Both the position numbers and the translations under genes were made by a program. A DNA stretch of 10,104 nt from Candidatus Bathyarchaeia archaeon (lineage in GTDB: Archaea; Thermoproteota; Bathyarchaeia; Bathyarchaeales; Bathycorpusculaceae): positions 1-10,104 of the forward strand of contig JBEKXL010000036.1 in NCBI GenBank assembly GCA_049512075.1. Direction: 5' to 3'. Below are positions 6,349 through 10,104 of the stretch, piece by piece. The notes under the pieces were generated by a model. It worked only from the letters and a program-made list of their open reading frames with translations. It was not told the origin of the DNA and ran no database searches. How positions within the stretch are numbered: the first letter of the stretch is position 1; each line of letters begins with the position of its first letter.

Positions 6349-8263
6349 TCACGGCGCGGGCTTGCATGGTCTGTGAGGCGCCTGCCAAAAACTCTTTATT
6401 CGTTTGGCACAATCAGATGGGCTTCCCACGGTTATCATCTCTTTCGGGTAATAGCTTGGAAGTTGTCGTTTGATGTGAGGTTGGGTAATCCGTTCATCCA
6501 ACATCACTATGCACCCTCTGTCTTTTGCTGACCTGTGGGCACGTCCGCAAGCCTGAACTAGCCGCAGTATGGCTGGGGTCAAATAATCATAAGTTCTCCC
6601 ATTCCCCGGGAACTGTTGTTCAAGATAATCTATGAGTGATTCCTGTAAGCATCCCACGTTGCATATGGCAATCCTATGGTTACAACACATTTGAGGATGT
6701 TTTCAGGGTAGTCCATTACCTCGCTCAGTTTAGCTCCCATTACTCCATACAGAACGTAGTTGGACGAACTTGTCAGCTTCTCAATCACGTCCTTTCTCTT
6801 CGTGTTCGACTCTTCCATGATTATCTTTCTGTCTGTTTTTGTCAATGATACGACCTTGTGCATTAGTCCGTAGCTCGTGAAGACAGCCATATTGCCTTGA
6901 CTGGCGTTGGATATTGCTTCAACGTAGCTTTTCGACTTTTCAAGCATCAAATCGGTTCTTCTCTTGAACTCTGACGACACATCCTCAGCAGCTAGGATAA
7001 CTCTGTTCTCAGGTGGAAAAGAAGGGTCAAACTCTGTCAGACAAACGTTGCTCGGCTCATAGAGCATCAAATCCCTGTAAACGGTTGGAGGAGATAGAAA
7101 ACCGCTCATGAGGATGGTTCCTCGTGCTTCTCTCAGAACTGGATCAACGATCTCTCTTCCATCGAAACTTCTGACTTCCAAAGCAACCCTGTTCTTCTGA
7201 TCTCTTTCGATCAGATGCATATACTTCGGCTCAACGTTCTTGAAGAATCTCTCCATGAACATGCCAATTCGATAATTGTAACTTGAAATTCTCTCAGAAC
7301 CAGATTCAAGTCGCTTCTCTTTCACAAATTCGCCATATTCTTGAAGTGTTGCGGCAGCTTCAAGACCAGATACGTCGTTGTGAGCCAGAAACAAGTCACT
7401 GAGTTCCTGGAGGTTAAGCTGTCTAAGATCTTCGATTCTTAATGTCTGCCGAGCATGCTGAAACACCTCTTCCAAGAGAACGTTTAGACATTCTCTAATA
7501 GATCCGACTGACTCGTGTTCGAAAATTCCAGTCTCCCTTAGGGCTCCTTCTACTGTACTCTCAGTCAATTGATCAGAAAGTAATTCTCTGGCGAATGTTG
7601 GAACATTGTGAGCCTCGTCCACGATTAAAAAGACCTTCGAAAGACCGACTCCGAAGCTCTTTAGTATTGATTCCCTAATCCTCGGATCGAAGACGTAGTG
7701 ATATGTTCCAAGAAAAACATTCACCTTGGGGAGAATCCTCTTCAAGGCTTTGCGAGCACAGAATCCTCGTCCAGACATGAACTCAACCGATTCCTCTGAC
7801 GCAAGAATCCTTTGGGCGCAATCCAAAGCCAATTCCTCCGCCTCTTTTTTCCCTCTGGAGATATTCATATAGAATTTACAGAAGGGCTTGATGGAAGACT
7901 CGCCGTTATCCTTCAGTCTCTTGCACTCTTCAAAAAAGCCAACGTAGGAGAGATCGCCTTTTGACTTCAACGGACACATGTCTTGTTTGCTAAAGAAAGA
8001 GACACTGTTAATGTCTCTCGAGAGTGTTCTCAACTCTTTGAGGTATATGTGCAGCTGGCTTCTGGTTCTGAAGCAGATCATCAATCTGTTTTCCTCGAGC
8101 TGAGGCAAAACTGCAAGCAACGACGCAAGAGACTTGCCTATTCCACATGGAGCACTTCCCACGAAAACCTCTTTGCTTCTAAGTGCCTTTGCTGCCTCTG
8201 AATAAGCGCGCGCGCTTGACTCAAGACATAAATGCGTCTGTCTTCTTGCAACCCTAATATCAT
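6349..8263 (-). pseudogene. XPD/Rad3/DinG-family Fe-S 5'-3' DNA helicase, frameshifted
   Basis: Walker A APCGIGKS, four Fe-S-type Cys (MCP, ECK, FCK, FCA), DEAH, motif III MSG, and motif VI QACGRAHRS in a second frame after a 1-nt deletion at ~6645. A probable second 1-nt deletion at ~8198 joins an N-terminus from ATG 8263 (start uncertain). Confidence 0.9.
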
Positions 8264-8347
8264 ATCATTCCTTGCCTAGGACCCGATGATCCGTTAGGGG
8301 AGGGCAAAATTCATGGTTAGTAGTCTTTACCCGAAGGGTGAGCAATC

Positions 8348-8509
8348 ATGAGATCTGAGCAAGAAATAAAAGACAAGCTGAAAGAGTTTGAGGAGATCAT
8401 GAAGACAAATCCGCGATTCTACGGTTGCCTTGCATACGAATTCTATGCGCAGAAAGACGCTCTCAAGTGGGTTCTGGGACTAAAAGAGCTTTTGGTACCG
8501 ACAACCTAG
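8348..8509 (+). CDS. 53-aa hypothetical protein MRSEQEIKDKLKEFEEIMKTNPRFYGCLAYEFYAQKDALKWVLGLKELLVPTT
   Basis: GGTGA RBS at 8337-8341, ATG 8348, TAG 8507-8509, T6 tract right after. Helical-hairpin pattern. Absent from the supplied ORF track, whose shortest entries are 60 aa. Confidence 0.8.
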   Translation: MRSEQEIKDKLKEFEEIMKTNPRFYGCLAYEFYAQKDALKWVLGLKELLVPTT

Positions 8510-8762
8510 TCCATTTTTTCTCTTAAGTGCCATTATGCAAAGGGTGCATCAAGTGAAGCCAAAGAAAAAGATCGTAGACGGAATACCTCTATGAGAGTGC
8601 TTTCTCGATCATATTGGCTATGCGAAGACTGCCATCAGCGCGCGTATGTGTCTTAAGTGTTACGGTGTAAGGACTCTATCAAATGGTAATGCGTATGCTA
8701 AACGTTAGGGCATTCCTCAAAGGACTTCAATAACTATAGGCAGGTATGCCTGGCAGTTAAGC

Positions 8763-8769
8763 TATATAA
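8763..8769 (+). promoter_or_regulatory. Probable TATA box for the SSB-TBP operon
   Basis: TATATAA ~90 nt upstream of ATG 8861. Confidence 0.5.
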
Positions 8770-8860
8770 GTGATGTTGAGAATACTGATATGCGCGTTCC
8801 AGTTCTATTATTTTAGCGATGGATTTGCGCGTCAAAAACAACAGAGTGGAAACAAGTTAG

Positions 8861-9523
8861 ATGGCGAAACATATTTGGAGAGGTAGAGGCAGGCCTCCGA
8901 GCATGTATTCATACAAAGATGGAAGGATTCTGGAGAACCTTGCCAGAATCGCAATGCTGCATAAGGTTGATGCGAGTGAATTTTTCAATCGCATTGTGGA
9001 AGCTTGGAATCACGAAGGGTCAGAATGTGAGCAGTTGGTTATAGAATGTCGTAAGAGGACGAAGAATTCAGCGATTTTTCTCTTCACCACCGGTTGTAAG
9101 ATTGTAGCTCAATTTCCAATATCGATTAGCATCTTGCAAGGAAAGAATCAGCTTGAAAGCTACACGAAAACCATTTTTGCCAGAATTTCCTCGGTCAAGA
9201 ATTTTGAGGGTGTAAACTCTAAGATTGGGGACTTGAAAGTTGGAATGAAAAAGGTCAGCCTCAAAGCAGAGGTGCTTGAGATTCCAGAATCTAAAATCGT
9301 TTACACGAGATACGGAACAACGGCTTGTATATCAAACGCGCTCATCAGAGACGAAACTGGTTCAATGAAAATGAGTTTATGGAACCAGCAGATCAACACG
9401 GTGCATAAGGGCGACGTAATTGACGTCAAAAATGGTACAGTAGCTTGGTTCAGCGGTGAAAGGCAGTTGCGACTGGGGAGAAGCGGAAGCTTAAGCGTCA
9501 TCGAATGCGCGCTCGCACCATAG
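8861..9523 (+). CDS. OB-fold single-stranded DNA-binding (SSB/RPA-like) protein with an extra N-terminal domain
   Basis: C-terminal KIGDLKVGMKKVSLKAEVLEI...ALIRDETGSMKMSLWNQQINTVHKGDVIDVKNG...FSGERQLRLGRSG is a typical archaeal SSB OB fold. Confidence 0.9.
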   Translation: MAKHIWRGRGRPPSMYSYKDGRILENLARIAMLHKVDASEFFNRIVEAWNHEGSECEQLVIECRKRTKNSAIFLFTTGCKIVAQFPISISILQGKNQLESYTKTIFARISSVKNFEGVNSKIGDLKVGMKKVSLKAEVLEIPESKIVYTRYGTTACISNALIRDETGSMKMSLWNQQINTVHKGDVIDVKNGTVAWFSGERQLRLGRSGSLSVIECALAP

Positions 9524-9535
9524 GAAGCGGTGTTA

Positions 9536-10093
9536 ATGCCGAAGACTAAAGCCATAATAAACATTCAAAACGTCGTTGCCGCTGCCACCTTAAACCAGAA
9601 AGTTGACTTAAACGCGGTCGTGAAGAGTTTTCCAGGGGTTGAATATCGGCCAGAACAGTTTCCAGGCTTGGTGTTTAGGCTTAAGAGACCGAAGACAGCC
9701 ACGCTGATTTTCAATTCTGGAAAAATGGTCTGTACAGGCGCCAAATCAGAGCAGGAAGCGCGCAGGGCTGTTATGACAGTTGTTAAAGAGTTGAAGAAGG
9801 GCGGAATAATCATCCTCAGCAAGCCGGACTTGAAGGTTGTGAACATGGTTGCTTCTGCAAGCCTAGGCGGAAAAATAGATTTGGAAGCAGTTTCCACGCT
9901 TGGAAAAACGATGTATGAGCCGGAGCAGTTTCCAGGCTTGATCTACAGGATGGACGAGCCCAAAGTGGTTATACTCGTATTCGCAAGCGGGAACCTTGTC
10001 TGCACCGGAGCCAGAAGAGAACAGGACGTCTATGACGCCGTGCACAAGCTTCACGAAAGATTGGAGGAACAAAACCTCATATTCTACGAATAA
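9536..10093 (+). CDS. tbp: TATA-box-binding protein
   Basis: Two TBP repeats: IQNVVA..YRPEQFPGLVFRL..LIFNSGKMVCTGAK and NMVAS..YEPEQFPGLIYRM..LVFASGNLVCTGAR. ATG 9536 follows GGTG; GTG 9530 is the alternative start. Confidence 0.97.
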   Translation: MPKTKAIINIQNVVAAATLNQKVDLNAVVKSFPGVEYRPEQFPGLVFRLKRPKTATLIFNSGKMVCTGAKSEQEARRAVMTVVKELKKGGIIILSKPDLKVVNMVASASLGGKIDLEAVSTLGKTMYEPEQFPGLIYRMDEPKVVILVFASGNLVCTGARREQDVYDAVHKLHERLEEQNLIFYE

Positions 10094-10104
10094 AAACTTC
10101 ACAC

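Noticed and set aside
8204-8217. Palindrome AAGCGCGCGCGCTT and frequent CGCG words in spacers
   Set aside because: Low-complexity CG repeat that probably lies within the helicase N-terminal coding region. Overall CGCG counts are not clearly above expectation by eye.
1-10104. CRISPR array, transposase, integrase or reverse transcriptase
   Set aside because: No regularly spaced direct repeats and no such protein motifs in the supplied translations. Remaining short ORFs are shadows overlapping the assigned genes.

Overview
Archaeal DNA. The style of the Alba, TFE-alpha and TBP proteins suggests a TACK lineage such as Bathyarchaeia, which is an inference. The window is a loosely packed cluster of nucleic-acid-handling genes: Alba, TFE-alpha, a TRAM-domain protein, an XPD/Rad3-type Fe-S helicase, an OB-fold SSB/RPA-like protein and TBP. 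It also carries an AlaX editing protein, a trypsin-like serine protease, a YHS microprotein and several small ORFs. Four genes (YHS, AlaX, protease, helicase) are split by small indels, reflecting either decay or sequencing error. The most unusual signal is non-coding: a dispersed family of structured elements at ~2133-2233 (+), 4739-4782 (-) and ~6058-6185 (+). Their helices are preserved by compensatory and G-U changes. The first copy heads a ~400-nt, extensively self-complementary putative ncRNA that ends in a pyrimidine tract. The third copy lies just downstream of an orphan tRNA 3' half. I could not assign these elements to a known RNA family.
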